Shown piece by piece: positions 19,126 through 29,477 of a stretch of DNA of 39,701 bases (positions within the stretch are counted from its first letter, which is position 1; each line of letters begins with the position of its first letter). A program made the position numbers and the translations under genes. This DNA comes from Candidatus Yonathbacteria bacterium RIFOXYC2_FULL_47_9. GTDB lineage: Bacteria; Patescibacteriota; Minisyncoccia; Phycocordibacterales; UBA1550. The notes beneath the pieces are model-generated. The model saw only the letters and a program-made list of their open reading frames with translations. It did not search any database and had not been told where the DNA came from. Location: the NCBI GenBank assembly GCA_001825115.1, contig MHUY01000016.1:13792-53492 (forward strand). The letters are read 5' to 3'.

Positions 19126-20358
19126 TTAATTAATTTTAATTTTCCCTGTTACCGCATGCGAGATGAGGGAATATTTATATTCCTCAAGAAGCTTAATTGA
19201 TGTTTTAATATTACTCCTTACTAAGTTCATTTTTTTTAATAACGATTCAATTTTTTCTTCAACATCCTTTGATGGAACTCTAATTTTCTCTGATAATAAT
19301 ATTTTTATATTCAGCGGTTTATTACGTCCTGCGGAACCCCTTGAAGATTCGTTAAGTAAGTGGTCACCAAATTTTGTCATTAACAGTGCTAATAAGTATT
19401 CTGTTTTTATGACACCATCTCTTATTAAATGATATCTGTGAGACACAACGCATTCACTTTCATCCTTGCTCGCAAGCGCAACCGCACCTTCCCATGCAAA
19501 TTGTCCACTTATAATAAGATCTCTTGGAACTACTATATAAAAATCAGATTCCTTTATTTCTTTACCTAACTGAGGATCTTTATGGAAAAGCCCTCTACCT
19601 CTATTGTATAAACCTAAGGCGATATACTCTGAGTTATCTTCGATATTTATAGGTTTTTCGGCAAAGTTAAATAAGTTTTTAATCCTTATAATTTCTCCTT
19701 TACCATTTTTCTGCTCATCCATTGCGATCGAAACCACTTCTTCTTTTAATAGTTCAATTTGTCTTTCCTTTTTTGCTATAATATGATCAATAAATGCAAG
19801 TTTATGATCCAGATATTTTACTATTTCGTTTTGTTTATCGGTAGGAATTTTTATAACCGGAAAATTCATTAAAATTTCATTTTTTAATGTCCATCGATGG
19901 TCTGCAGAAACACCAACTCCATAAGGATGAAAAATTTTCTCAAAATAATGTTTTTGAAAAAAATAGTTATAAAATTGTGAGTTGGTGTCAAAATCTTTTT
20001 TTCTAAGAGTTGAGTAGGCAGGGCTTATGATGCCTTCGTATTTTGACGCATCTACAAAACCTCTCAGGAGATCCATTGGATTTAACACAATGTCTCCTTT
20101 GTATATGTGTCTGTATCCCTCGTAACTAGACGCAATTTGTCCTTCGTTATTAGAAATATTTCTCTTCTTAATACCGCTAAGTGTTAAAGAAAGGACATCT
20201 GCTTCAGAGTTGTCAAAAGACTTTTCCTTAATAAGATTAAAGACTTCCTTAACTTTTGCTAACTCCCAATCTTTCGGAATCATTCCCAACCACTCAACAC
20301 CCGAATCTTTATATTCAGGGTAGTGTTCGTATTTTTTTGTGAGCTTTAGTGTTTGCAT
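19126..20358 (-). CDS. hsdS: Type I RM specificity subunit
   Basis: YKDSGVEWLGMIPKDW start; EYKYSLISHAVTGKI end; two TRDs. Confidence 0.95.
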   Translation of the reverse strand: MQTLKLTKKYEHYPEYKDSGVEWLGMIPKDWELAKVKEVFNLIKEKSFDNSEADVLSLTLSGIKKRNISNNEGQIASSYEGYRHIYKGDIVLNPMDLLRGFVDASKYEGIISPAYSTLRKKDFDTNSQFYNYFFQKHYFEKIFHPYGVGVSADHRWTLKNEILMNFPVIKIPTDKQNEIVKYLDHKLAFIDHIIAKKERQIELLKEEVVSIAMDEQKNGKGEIIRIKNLFNFAEKPINIEDNSEYIALGLYNRGRGLFHKDPQLGKEIKESDFYIVVPRDLIISGQFAWEGAVALASKDESECVVSHRYHLIRDGVIKTEYLLALLMTKFGDHLLNESSRGSAGRNKPLNIKILLSEKIRVPSKDVEEKIESLLKKMNLVRSNIKTSIKLLEEYKYSLISHAVTGKIKIN

Positions 20359-20363
20359 ATGTG

Positions 20364-21569
20364 TTATTTCTCTTTGTCAGTTTTTGGAGCAGGAAGCTCA
20401 AGTGACTCAATTTTTTGTAGCTGTACAACACCACTTAGGTCACCATAGATACCAACAGTATTTTTGATAACCTTTTGAATCTGCTTTTCTTTTTCCGCCC
20501 AAGATTTCTCGAAGTAAATTCGCTCTTTATCCAGAGATGATTTCATGTTTGAAAAAGTTTCTACGATAACCTCTATCTTTTGCTTGAATTCGTTACCAGA
20601 CAGATAGCTGTACAAGATTTCCATCTTGTCATTCTTCCCTACGGACATCAATTTTTCTCTGGAAACAAGCTCAAGTGTGTGTCGAAGGGCTGTTGCTATC
20701 GATACGGCCAACTTAATATCACATATCCACACACCGTCACGCTGAACGATACCCTCTACACCATTAGGCAGCACAGAAGATACGATAATCGCTATATCAG
20801 CTTTAACACTACGTTGATCTTCCTTTAACTTTGGAATCCATCCTTCAGTCCAAGACTTTGTTTTCTTTGACTCCCAGATTATTTTCCCACACTCAACACC
20901 CGCTTTAGTTTTTACGGTTTGTATCACATCAGCACCAGTAACACCCTTAGGGACTGGCGAAATATCATCGTGGATAAATTCTGCCTTCAAGAGCTCTTCG
21001 AGTTTTATCTCTTGTACTTCTCCTTGGGTTTGTTGTGAACCTTGTTCTAGTTTTCTTGCTAGCTCATCCTTTGCTTTTGTAACATCTGATAGTTTTTTGT
21101 TGATCTGATCTATTTCAGATTGTTTTGCATCTGTCGCTTTTTTAGATGCCTCCTCTTCGATTTGTTTCCTTTCTTCAGCAAGTTGGCGTGTTTTTTCTAG
21201 CTCGAATGACTCTTGGTCATCTTTTAGTTTCTGATTTCCTTTTATGAGAACAAGCTCATTTTGACGAGCCTCTTTTAATTTTGCATCCTTCTCAGCAAGT
21301 TGTTCCTCAAGAAGGAGGTTCTTCTCTTCTGATGCTACTTTTTCTGCCTCAGCATCTTTTAAAATCTGAGCCTTAAGCTTTTTCTCAAGTCCCGCTTTCT
21401 CTTTCTCTAGCTTTTCAGAGGACTCTTTTTCAATTGACGCCCTCATATCCTTTTCTTTTTCTTCAAAATCTTTCTTGAGTTTATTTTCTATTTGGTGCGT
21501 CAAAACATCATCAATCGATATTGACTCTCCGCAGTTAGGACACTTTATGTTTTTGATATCGTCTTTCAT
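20364..21569 (-). CDS. DUF2130 domain protein
   Basis: IKCPNCG, long coiled coil, SQQTQGEVQE, GADVIQ, IIWESKKTKSW..WIPKLKEDQ (PD-(D/E)xK-like). Confidence 0.88.
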   Translation of the reverse strand: MKDDIKNIKCPNCGESISIDDVLTHQIENKLKKDFEEKEKDMRASIEKESSEKLEKEKAGLEKKLKAQILKDAEAEKVASEEKNLLLEEQLAEKDAKLKEARQNELVLIKGNQKLKDDQESFELEKTRQLAEERKQIEEEASKKATDAKQSEIDQINKKLSDVTKAKDELARKLEQGSQQTQGEVQEIKLEELLKAEFIHDDISPVPKGVTGADVIQTVKTKAGVECGKIIWESKKTKSWTEGWIPKLKEDQRSVKADIAIIVSSVLPNGVEGIVQRDGVWICDIKLAVSIATALRHTLELVSREKLMSVGKNDKMEILYSYLSGNEFKQKIEVIVETFSNMKSSLDKERIYFEKSWAEKEKQIQKVIKNTVGIYGDLSGVVQLQKIESLELPAPKTDKEK

Positions 21570-21573
21570 AATT

Positions 21574-23562
21574 TTACAGTTGCTTAAGTAGCACAAGAAG
21601 CTCATTCTCGACTTTTTCAATATCTGTCTCTATTGCCTCTAAGCTTCGTGGTGCCTCGTACTTGTAGAAGTAGCGTGTGAACGGAATCTCGTAGCCAACA
21701 ATACCAACCTTGCCATCTTTTGCATCACACACAGACTCATTTATCCATGCATCAGAAACATACGGTTTCACCTCTTTTGAAAGGTACTCATTTACGTCTA
21801 TCCCCCACGGCACGTTCTCGTGGTCGCGGAGTTCGCTGTCTGCTTCAGGTTTACCACTAGCATCAAGACAAACATCAGCATCTTCAGATCGCTCGCTCAA
21901 AGCATCGAGAATTGCTTTCTTTATAGGCGCCTTCATTTTGAGCTCCTTGAAATGCGAGTCAAATACCTCTAGGAATTTTGCCTGATTTTTAAAGAGTTCT
22001 TTGTTGGGGAATGATGCAAGGTACGCGAGAATTGCTTCTCGTTCCTTGTCATTTAATTTCTCAACTGCTTTTTGTGTTTTGAATATCTCAATATGTGCAT
22101 CGGATACTTGAAAACTCAAACGAAGAGGGCGTTCAACTTGAATCTGTCGATACGCAAATTCGGTTGTATTGAAAACTTTTGAATACTCACTTTCCTCATA
22201 CTTGGTATAGAGGTCAAAAATCTTCTTTTTCGATTCCGTGTCTATCTCATGACGCTTACTCCCCAGGCTCTTGCGCGTCTTCTTGAAAAACGTTCGTCCA
22301 TCAATGAGCTGCACTTTGCCTTTGCGTTCCTTTGGCTTTCTGTTGGAAATGAACCACAAGTAGGTATTGATGCCTGTGTTGTAGAAAAGCTGGTCAGGCA
22401 AAGCGACAATTGCCTCAAGCAAATCTTTCTCAAGCAACCAGCGACGAATTTCGCTTTCTCCACTTCCTGCATCTCCTGTAAAAAGTGGCGAACCATTGTG
22501 AACAATAGCGATGCGTGAGCCACCGTCTTTCTCTGGTTTCATTTTAGATACAAGGTGCTCAAGGAAAAGTAACTGTCCGTCTGAGATACGTGGAAGCCCC
22601 GCACCGAAGCGCCCTGCGTGCCCACGTGAAGCCTCACGCTCTACCGCTTCTTTGTCTTTCTTCCAGTCTACTCCGTAGGGAGGATTTGAAATTCCATAGT
22701 CGAATACTTCCCCCAAAAACTGGTCGTTTGATAGTGTGCTTGCCTTTGTCGTGTCTTTTTCGCCACCACGAATGAGATCAGGGTTTTCCCCTTTGATAAG
22801 CATGTCAGACTTTGCCATTGCATAGGTGACCGAGTTAAGCTCTTGCCCGTAAAGATATATGTCGGCTTCTTTGTTGATGTGCTCGAGAATGTAGTCCTTT
22901 GCCACCGTAAGCATCCCCCCTGTACCGCACGCAGGATCGTAAATCTTTTTAATCACATGGGGACGCTTGAGGTCAGCCTTGTCTGGTTCAAGAAGAAGTT
23001 CTGCCATAAGACTAATTACATCGCGAGGCGTATAGTGCTCTCCAGCGGTTTCGTTCGACATTTCAGAAAACTTACGCAATAGCTCTTCAAAGATATGTCC
23101 CATCGCATAGTTGTCTACCGCTTTTGGATGCAAGTCTACTTTGTTGAGCTCTTGAATGATATGGAAAAGCAGGTTGCCCCCCTCGAGTCGTTCAAGTTGA
23201 TTGTTGAATTCGAACTTTTCAAAAATATCCTGAATGTTTTGACTATATCCAGCAATATACTTTTTAAAATTCTTTCCCATAAGAGCAGGCTCTCCCAAGA
23301 GTGTCTTGAAGTCGTAATCGGAGATATTGTAGAAGGCCACACCTGAAGTGCGTTTCAAAATTGGATCAAGGTCATTAACTTTCCCTTTGTACTCATTATG
23401 TTTTTCGAGAACCTTTGCTTTTGTATCAACAAGGATTGAATCAAGGCGCTTTAATACCACGAGAGGAAGAATGACATCTTGGTATTCGTGTTGTTTCCAA
23501 CCGCCACGCAAAATGTCGGCGATATTCCAAATCATTGATGTCTTTTGATTGAAGTTTTCCAT
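21574..23562 (-). CDS. hsdM: Type I RM methyltransferase (N6-adenine)
   Basis: GEHYTPR, YDPACGTGGML, NPPYG, LFYNTGI. Confidence 0.96.
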   Translation of the reverse strand: MENFNQKTSMIWNIADILRGGWKQHEYQDVILPLVVLKRLDSILVDTKAKVLEKHNEYKGKVNDLDPILKRTSGVAFYNISDYDFKTLLGEPALMGKNFKKYIAGYSQNIQDIFEKFEFNNQLERLEGGNLLFHIIQELNKVDLHPKAVDNYAMGHIFEELLRKFSEMSNETAGEHYTPRDVISLMAELLLEPDKADLKRPHVIKKIYDPACGTGGMLTVAKDYILEHINKEADIYLYGQELNSVTYAMAKSDMLIKGENPDLIRGGEKDTTKASTLSNDQFLGEVFDYGISNPPYGVDWKKDKEAVEREASRGHAGRFGAGLPRISDGQLLFLEHLVSKMKPEKDGGSRIAIVHNGSPLFTGDAGSGESEIRRWLLEKDLLEAIVALPDQLFYNTGINTYLWFISNRKPKERKGKVQLIDGRTFFKKTRKSLGSKRHEIDTESKKKIFDLYTKYEESEYSKVFNTTEFAYRQIQVERPLRLSFQVSDAHIEIFKTQKAVEKLNDKEREAILAYLASFPNKELFKNQAKFLEVFDSHFKELKMKAPIKKAILDALSERSEDADVCLDASGKPEADSELRDHENVPWGIDVNEYLSKEVKPYVSDAWINESVCDAKDGKVGIVGYEIPFTRYFYKYEAPRSLEAIETDIEKVENELLVLLKQL

Positions 23563-23573
23563 AGTGATTGATA

Positions 23574-24710
23574 TTAACGATTAAAAAGTTGCATGTATTC
23601 CTTGAGGTAGAAGATCCTATCTTTCTTCAGTCCTGTTTTTTCCGTGAACAATCCAAGCTTCTGAAAGTCTCCAGCAAGAGCTGACGCCGTGGGGAAAGTA
23701 ACCGAAAGCATTGACTCAATATCCCTGATACTCACCACGGGCTGAGAGAACAACTTTTTCAAAAGATCCTTACCAAGCTTCTGCCGACGAATACTCATCC
23801 CATCCTCAATTGCTGTTTCGTACTTCTTACGCAGGTCAATTATTCTTCTAAGTGTCTCTCGCGAGTCTTTTGCCGTCTCTACAACTCCTGTGAGAAAAAA
23901 TCTCAACCAGTGCTCAATATCACCTGACTCCCTCACGCGTGAAAGTCCGTCGTAGTATTCAGGACGATTCTTTTCAAAGAAGTCTGAGAGGTAGAGTGTT
24001 GGCTTTGTGAGTATACCGAGACTTACGAGATGCAGAGTTATCATAAGCCGACCTATACGACCATTACCATCAAGAAACGGGTGGATAGTTTCAAATTGAT
24101 AGTGAGAGATAGCGATCTTAATCAAATCTGGCACGCTGATGTCTTTATTGTGCCAAAATAGCTCAAGGTCACCAAGAAGCTCTGCGAGCTCAGTGTGATG
24201 AGGTGGAATAAAGGACGCGTCGTTCAACGTCGCTCCACCAATCCAGTTTTGACTACGACGAATTTCTCCAGGCAGTTTTGTGTACCCACGAACACTAGAC
24301 AGGAGTACTCGGTGAGTATCCTTAACGAGTCGCATAGAGAGTGGCAAGGTCTCGAGTTGTCCAATTGAATAATTGATTGCCCTGACGTAGTTTTGTACTT
24401 CCTCCCAGTCATTTCTTTTTTCTGGATTGATTTCAAGTTCAGGCAGCAGTGCCTCATCAAAGCTTGTTTGAGTTCCCTCAATTTTACTTGAGACCGTCGC
24501 CTCTTTCGTAATGTGCATTTTGATGAAAAAGTCGACATCAGGAATAAGCTTTGAATATGCATTAAGTTCGCCAAGGTAGCGCATCGCATCAGCGAGCAAA
24601 ATATCGATGCGCTTGTCAGACCACTCAAAAGGAATGTTTGCAGATGATGGCTGAAAACTCTTATATCCCTCCTGTTGTTTTAGTGTCCCCGCCTTGAATT
24701 TCTTTATCAT
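23574..24710 (-). CDS. Fic family protein
   Basis: SSKIEGT inhibitory motif; [12 protein letters not shown] catalytic motif; C-terminal HTH. Confidence 0.95.
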   Translation of the reverse strand: MIKKFKAGTLKQQEGYKSFQPSSANIPFEWSDKRIDILLADAMRYLGELNAYSKLIPDVDFFIKMHITKEATVSSKIEGTQTSFDEALLPELEINPEKRNDWEEVQNYVRAINYSIGQLETLPLSMRLVKDTHRVLLSSVRGYTKLPGEIRRSQNWIGGATLNDASFIPPHHTELAELLGDLELFWHNKDISVPDLIKIAISHYQFETIHPFLDGNGRIGRLMITLHLVSLGILTKPTLYLSDFFEKNRPEYYDGLSRVRESGDIEHWLRFFLTGVVETAKDSRETLRRIIDLRKKYETAIEDGMSIRRQKLGKDLLKKLFSQPVVSIRDIESMLSVTFPTASALAGDFQKLGLFTEKTGLKKDRIFYLKEYMQLFNR

Positions 24711-24912
24711 CCATCAAGCCTAGCACTTTAATATATAATATGCAAATTAAAAGTTTACCTACCATATTTTAATACGTCAGAGCCGTATTAAAGGCTGAGA
24801 ACACCCTTCTGAAGCTCTTTTTCTTGTATTTCACAAAAGCGATGACTTTGTATCAAATGTGAAATGCCCTATTAACACTATCCGAATCGATGGTGACCTC
24901 AAATGGACTAGA

Positions 24913-25007
24913 AACGAAAAATCGCCACCAGTTGGTGACGATATTTCGTTGGCACTTGGCTACGGTTTATGATTTAACCGTGGGAGAACTAGGTCCTCAC
25001 AAATGCC
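24913..25007 (-). ncRNA. Candidate structured RNA (three-way junction plus terminator)
   Basis: GGCAUUUG/CAAGUGCC encloses two hairpins, followed by a terminator stem and U-tract; G-U pairs favour the minus strand. Confidence 0.45.
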
Positions 25008-25098
25008 TACAAACAGCATACACGATATACTTTAAAATGCACTCATTTGCATGACTCTCTACGCTATAGTCCAAAAATATGCAATACTGCATAAACAT

Positions 25099-25368
25099 AT
25101 GACTACAAAATATAGCGAAGAGTTTAAGGCCGACAATCCGGTACTCCCTCAATTACGTGAGGTGGTAGAAGAATCTGTAAAAGGCTCCAACCTCTCTCAG
25201 GAGCAAATTGATGCTATTTGTAAGAATGTTGGTGCTTTAATACTGGAAACAGTCCCAGAGCTTGTTTTTACAAACATGTCCGATTCGTTCCTTTTTGAAG
25301 GAGGCTTTGAAGAATGCACAAAACAGTCTTTCATTAACCTAAAAAATATCGGCATTGAGAAGAAATGA
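25099..25368 (+). CDS. Hypothetical protein
   Basis: About 89-aa acidic ORF. Confidence 0.55.
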   Translation: MTTKYSEEFKADNPVLPQLREVVEESVKGSNLSQEQIDAICKNVGALILETVPELVFTNMSDSFLFEGGFEECTKQSFINLKNIGIEKK

Positions 25369-25415
25369 AGTGGCCACCGCTTGATCCATCTTTTCTTGCA
25401 GAGAAACTCGGGGGG

Positions 25416-26306
25416 TTATTTTTGCTCCCAATACTGCGTTCCATATTCTGCTTGCAAATCACTAAAATTCACGATTGGTGCATTATATGTACTATCGGGA
25501 GGTATAAAATCAATTGACTCCATAAATACTTCTCCTGCTTTCCGTATCTCGGCGGTGTCAGCATACAGTAGGGCTATATTGTTTGTAATAGTCGAATACC
25601 AAACGTTGCTCTTAAGCCCCTCTGCAAATGTATTAAAATATGCTGGAAGAAGATACCGGGTCTTCCCTTCATCGTAAAAGACACGTCCTACTAGCGGATT
25701 TTGTTGAACGAGCTTTACTGCTGTTTCTGCAGTTGGGAACAATGCCTTTTCAAAACCTTCTTGCGCTGAATTCTTTATTGCAATCTGCATCGCCAAATCT
25801 ATCCAGGAAGTCGAGGTTGGGTGAGTATCAGGTGGCTCGCCGACCTCCTGAATAGGGCTAGACTTGACCCAGTCATACAGTTCTTGAACGAGCGTTTCTA
25901 AGGCTATGTTGTAATATTTAAATGCGTTATCTGTGTCTTTTGCTTTTTTATAGGTAAGAGCCAAACTGTTTAGAACGTCCATCCTTTCGAAGAAAGTCGT
26001 GTCATTTGAAAATCCATCAACATTTTTTTTGAGGTACTCTGTAGCTTTTCTATAGTCACCTTTTATTTGATAAATAACCCCGAGTTCAAAATTGAGGTCG
26101 TTTGAATCTGGGTATAAAGTAATCGCTTTTTTGCAAAATTCCTCGGCTCCATCTAAGTCTTCTATTTTTCTTGCAACATACGCCGAATAGTACCAATAAT
26201 CTAGGTCTTTTTGAGCTTCTTGCGTTCCAGACAAAATGTTTTGTGCAGAAGAATAGTCACCAACTCTGAGAAAAGCTTGGATTTGCTTATGTTGTTCTTC
26301 TTGCAT
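25416..26306 (-). CDS. Tetratricopeptide repeat protein
   Basis: Repeated LG/LA..Y...GD...A..YY..AL TPR pattern. Confidence 0.85.
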   Translation of the reverse strand: MQEEQHKQIQAFLRVGDYSSAQNILSGTQEAQKDLDYWYYSAYVARKIEDLDGAEEFCKKAITLYPDSNDLNFELGVIYQIKGDYRKATEYLKKNVDGFSNDTTFFERMDVLNSLALTYKKAKDTDNAFKYYNIALETLVQELYDWVKSSPIQEVGEPPDTHPTSTSWIDLAMQIAIKNSAQEGFEKALFPTAETAVKLVQQNPLVGRVFYDEGKTRYLLPAYFNTFAEGLKSNVWYSTITNNIALLYADTAEIRKAGEVFMESIDFIPPDSTYNAPIVNFSDLQAEYGTQYWEQK

Positions 26307-26360
26307 AATTTATTAATTGTTTGTGGGAGAATTCTTTATTCCAATTACCTCAACACATGA

Positions 26361-28502
26361 TCAAGCATCAGCATCTTGTCCCATCTGCTTCTCAAAAGCT
26401 TGCCTAACCAACCCCATTACGTAAGGTAGTTCCTCCATCTTTGAAAGACTAACTTCAACATCGCCATTACCCCAGCGACCAAGCGTTGAGACGTCTTTAC
26501 ACATTCCTTTTGGATCATCGACGTCAGCAAACTCAACATTCAATGAGAGTCGTAAGCGTTTTGCTTGAGGAACTACATCAACAAAATTAGTATCTGCTTT
26601 GTACGCAACATACAACTTCAGGAATGTTTCCGTAACACAGGGGTCGAGGGTAAGCACTTCCTTTCGGAAGGCCTCAAAAAGATTTCTCACCTCATCCCCA
26701 TACATTTCACTGCCTTTTGCCAAATAAGGATGGTCATCGATGGAGTATTCTGTCTTGATTTCAACTTTTGGATAATATTCGTCTAGGATTTCTTGAGGTA
26801 GTACCGGGGCCTGCCAAACACCAACCGCTATACCAGCAAGCTTACTAGCACGGGCTTTAATTGTGGCCTCATTCCATGATTCTAATGCCCCAAGTCCAAT
26901 ATTAAGCTTTAAGGGGCTTTGCTTTAATCCCTTCTCTGGAGCATTTGGCATGTCACGCTTATCTGCAAAAGGACGATCACTGTATTCAGAATTATATGCG
27001 GTGAGAGTTAAGTTACCGAGTGTGTGCAGCCATGTTTGTTGAACCCGTTGCCATTCTCCGCCTAGGGCATCAATCCATTCAGGTGAAAGATTTTTGTTTT
27101 GTGGCATGAGATGCTCAATAGTAAACTCATTTACTATTGCTCGTTCTTGGCGACCATGATTCTCCAGGCGACGCAGCCAGTAGCTACAACTACGGAAGTT
27201 GTAGAGATCGCGTGTTTGTAAGTCTCGGTGGAATTCTTCGTCTGTAGGAAATCGATGGAATGTTTGTAGCCCGAGAAAATGCGCTTGAATGCTTTCGAAA
27301 TACCGGTCCTTTCTCAGAGCCTTAGCAAACGATGCAAATGTCTTATTCATTGAGTTGGTTGGGATGGCACATATTGCACGGCGAAATACGTACGCCTCAA
27401 TCAACCGCACGCTCGCCAGCAAGTCTGACTTGGATAACATGCCTGCTTTGTAGTCATGGTACAACTCCAATAGAAACGGGTAGGCTACATCAACTTTTAG
27501 TTCCCTTAAGTCCTGGAAGGCAAGCTTCAGGTCGGCATCTGGCTCAGCGCCTAACGCCATTGTACAAAAATACCGTGCATAGTCACGTATATCACGAGTC
27601 AAATCTTCTACATGACTTTCATCATTAGTGGCATTTATTCTTGAAACTCGAGCATGTTCCTTGAAAGCATCGTAAACAGCATTAATATTAGGAATCTCCC
27701 TTGTTTTAACAGTAAGGTAGTGACGCATAAAAGCATCAAAGTGTGTACCATAGGCTTCCTGCCCAAAAGCAACTTCCATTGGCCTCCAGTACTGTTCATA
27801 GAGCCGAGTCTGAAGCTCTGGCTCGAGTCCCATTAAGATATAATTACGGATTAAATCAGCCTCACTCAATTCCTTACCAAGTGAGTTCATGCTCTCGAAA
27901 ATAAGCTGTGGGTTATCCTCCCCACGCTTGAGCTTGACGTCTACCATCAAAAGCTTTGCGAGTCCTTTGCAGACTACAGATAAGTCTCCTTTTTGACTTG
28001 AAATCAAGTCCTCGAACAATTTGAAGTTCTGCGTAATTCGTAGTGAATACTCGCTGGGTTGGTCTTGATTACCTATAATCGCAACAAGTGAGGTCTTATC
28101 GGTCTGCGAGAGAATTAATTTGAAGTATCGTTCTCCTTGTTCTAGTCGGTTGCATAAGTAATATTCACGTATCATCTCTGCGGAAAAACCTTCTATTAAA
28201 CTGGTCGAATCCTCTACCTTAGACAAAGCTGCCAGGAGTAACGTCACGGTAGTCAGACGCTGTTGCCCATCAATCACGAGTAATGGTTCCCACATTGCCA
28301 CATTAGCATCAGCCCTATCAATATAGACAACAGAACCAATAAAATGCACTACAATGTTGTCGTCGGCACCAGCTCGGAGGATATCATCCCAAAGCTGAAG
28401 ACATTCCTTCTCAGTCCAACAGTATGTACGCTGGTAAATAGGGATAACAAACTGAGGAGCATTCTTCAGGAAATTAAGGAGTTTTGTTTCAGATGCTTTC
28501 AT
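26361..28502 (-). CDS. GmrSD-type (type IV) restriction protein, DUF262-DUF1524 plus C-terminal DUF5655-like domain
   Basis: IPIYQRTY.W, VIDGQQRLTT, IFESMNS.G, IEHLMPQ, LGNLTL..YNS, GRWGNGD. Confidence 0.9.
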   Translation of the reverse strand: MKASETKLLNFLKNAPQFVIPIYQRTYCWTEKECLQLWDDILRAGADDNIVVHFIGSVVYIDRADANVAMWEPLLVIDGQQRLTTVTLLLAALSKVEDSTSLIEGFSAEMIREYYLCNRLEQGERYFKLILSQTDKTSLVAIIGNQDQPSEYSLRITQNFKLFEDLISSQKGDLSVVCKGLAKLLMVDVKLKRGEDNPQLIFESMNSLGKELSEADLIRNYILMGLEPELQTRLYEQYWRPMEVAFGQEAYGTHFDAFMRHYLTVKTREIPNINAVYDAFKEHARVSRINATNDESHVEDLTRDIRDYARYFCTMALGAEPDADLKLAFQDLRELKVDVAYPFLLELYHDYKAGMLSKSDLLASVRLIEAYVFRRAICAIPTNSMNKTFASFAKALRKDRYFESIQAHFLGLQTFHRFPTDEEFHRDLQTRDLYNFRSCSYWLRRLENHGRQERAIVNEFTIEHLMPQNKNLSPEWIDALGGEWQRVQQTWLHTLGNLTLTAYNSEYSDRPFADKRDMPNAPEKGLKQSPLKLNIGLGALESWNEATIKARASKLAGIAVGVWQAPVLPQEILDEYYPKVEIKTEYSIDDHPYLAKGSEMYGDEVRNLFEAFRKEVLTLDPCVTETFLKLYVAYKADTNFVDVVPQAKRLRLSLNVEFADVDDPKGMCKDVSTLGRWGNGDVEVSLSKMEELPYVMGLVRQAFEKQMGQDADA

Positions 28503-28926
28503 GTGATTCTATGGTAGTAAGATTGTACAACGAAACTATATTTTTCACTATTGTTATCTTCTTTTTCCAATACCATACATAGAGGTAGAAATTCAGTACA
28601 GTTACTGTTGCGTGATAGCCTCGCGGACATCGTCCCGAATGCGAAGTAAAAAAAGTCTTGACTAAAAGGTGCTTGAGCCCTTAACCTACATATAATATTC
28701 CTCTGACTTGTTATCTTCATTCAAACACGATTCGTCAGTTCCGTTATCTATTCTCCTCTGACGAAGGATTTCTTCCTGTTCTCTATCCTCATCTCCATAC
28801 TTCTCATCTTCCAATTCACGTATTATTGCATTTAGTTTGTCGTCTACATCTTTTATTGCTTCTTCATTTCCACCTAGCCCCAGAAGTGGTGCCCGCTTAG
28901 CATTTAGAGTATGGCTACTGCAAGAA

Positions 28927-29433
28927 TTAGTTTTTAATAACCTCCTCAGTCATGGATAATATTTTTTTGAAAAATTCTAACCTCTCTTCTTCTGAGTCTA
29001 TTTGGCATAAAAATGACTGGAAGGTGTATACAAGAAATGCAATAATCTCATCGTTACTTAAATCGCCTGATGAAAGTACTTCTACACTCCTCTCTTTTTC
29101 TGCGTAGATGCACAGACAAAATTTATTTTTAAACAAAAGCAATAAATTTTCTAAATTTCGTTGGGTATTGTTTTCTTGAAAAATCTTTTTAACAAAAAAA
29201 CCGAGAAAATCCTTCCTGACACGAACATCCTCGCCCGCTTTTCTGGCGAAGTATCCGACAATGAGCGACAGACCAAATAATACTAATTGCTGCTGGTGCT
29301 CACTATTTTCATCCCATGAACATAGGTATCCTGAATTTTTATCAGAACCAATGGAAATAAAAAAGTAGTCATTTTCATTATTTATTAAGCTAGATTGTTT
29401 TTCTCTTGCTGAATTTAATTTATCTAAATGCAT
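28927..29433 (-). CDS. Hypothetical protein
   Basis: 168-aa AT-rich ORF; no motif recognised. Confidence 0.55.
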   Translation of the reverse strand: MHLDKLNSAREKQSSLINNENDYFFISIGSDKNSGYLCSWDENSEHQQQLVLFGLSLIVGYFARKAGEDVRVRKDFLGFFVKKIFQENNTQRNLENLLLLFKNKFCLCIYAEKERSVEVLSSGDLSNDEIIAFLVYTFQSFLCQIDSEEERLEFFKKILSMTEEVIKN

Positions 29434-29477
29434 ATTCTAGTGTAGTTATAGCGGTTTTTTATTAGCAATAATTATTT

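Noticed and set aside
24890..24915. Minus-strand ...TGAGGTCACCA resembling another tRNA 3' end
   Set aside because: No intact T-loop and no matching tRNA in the window.
28499..28926. Short ORF 28499-28720 and an acidic minus-strand open frame at about 28685-28920
   Set aside because: The first looks non-coding. The second lacks a clear start; it may be a frameshifted extension of 28927-29433, but this cannot be supported.
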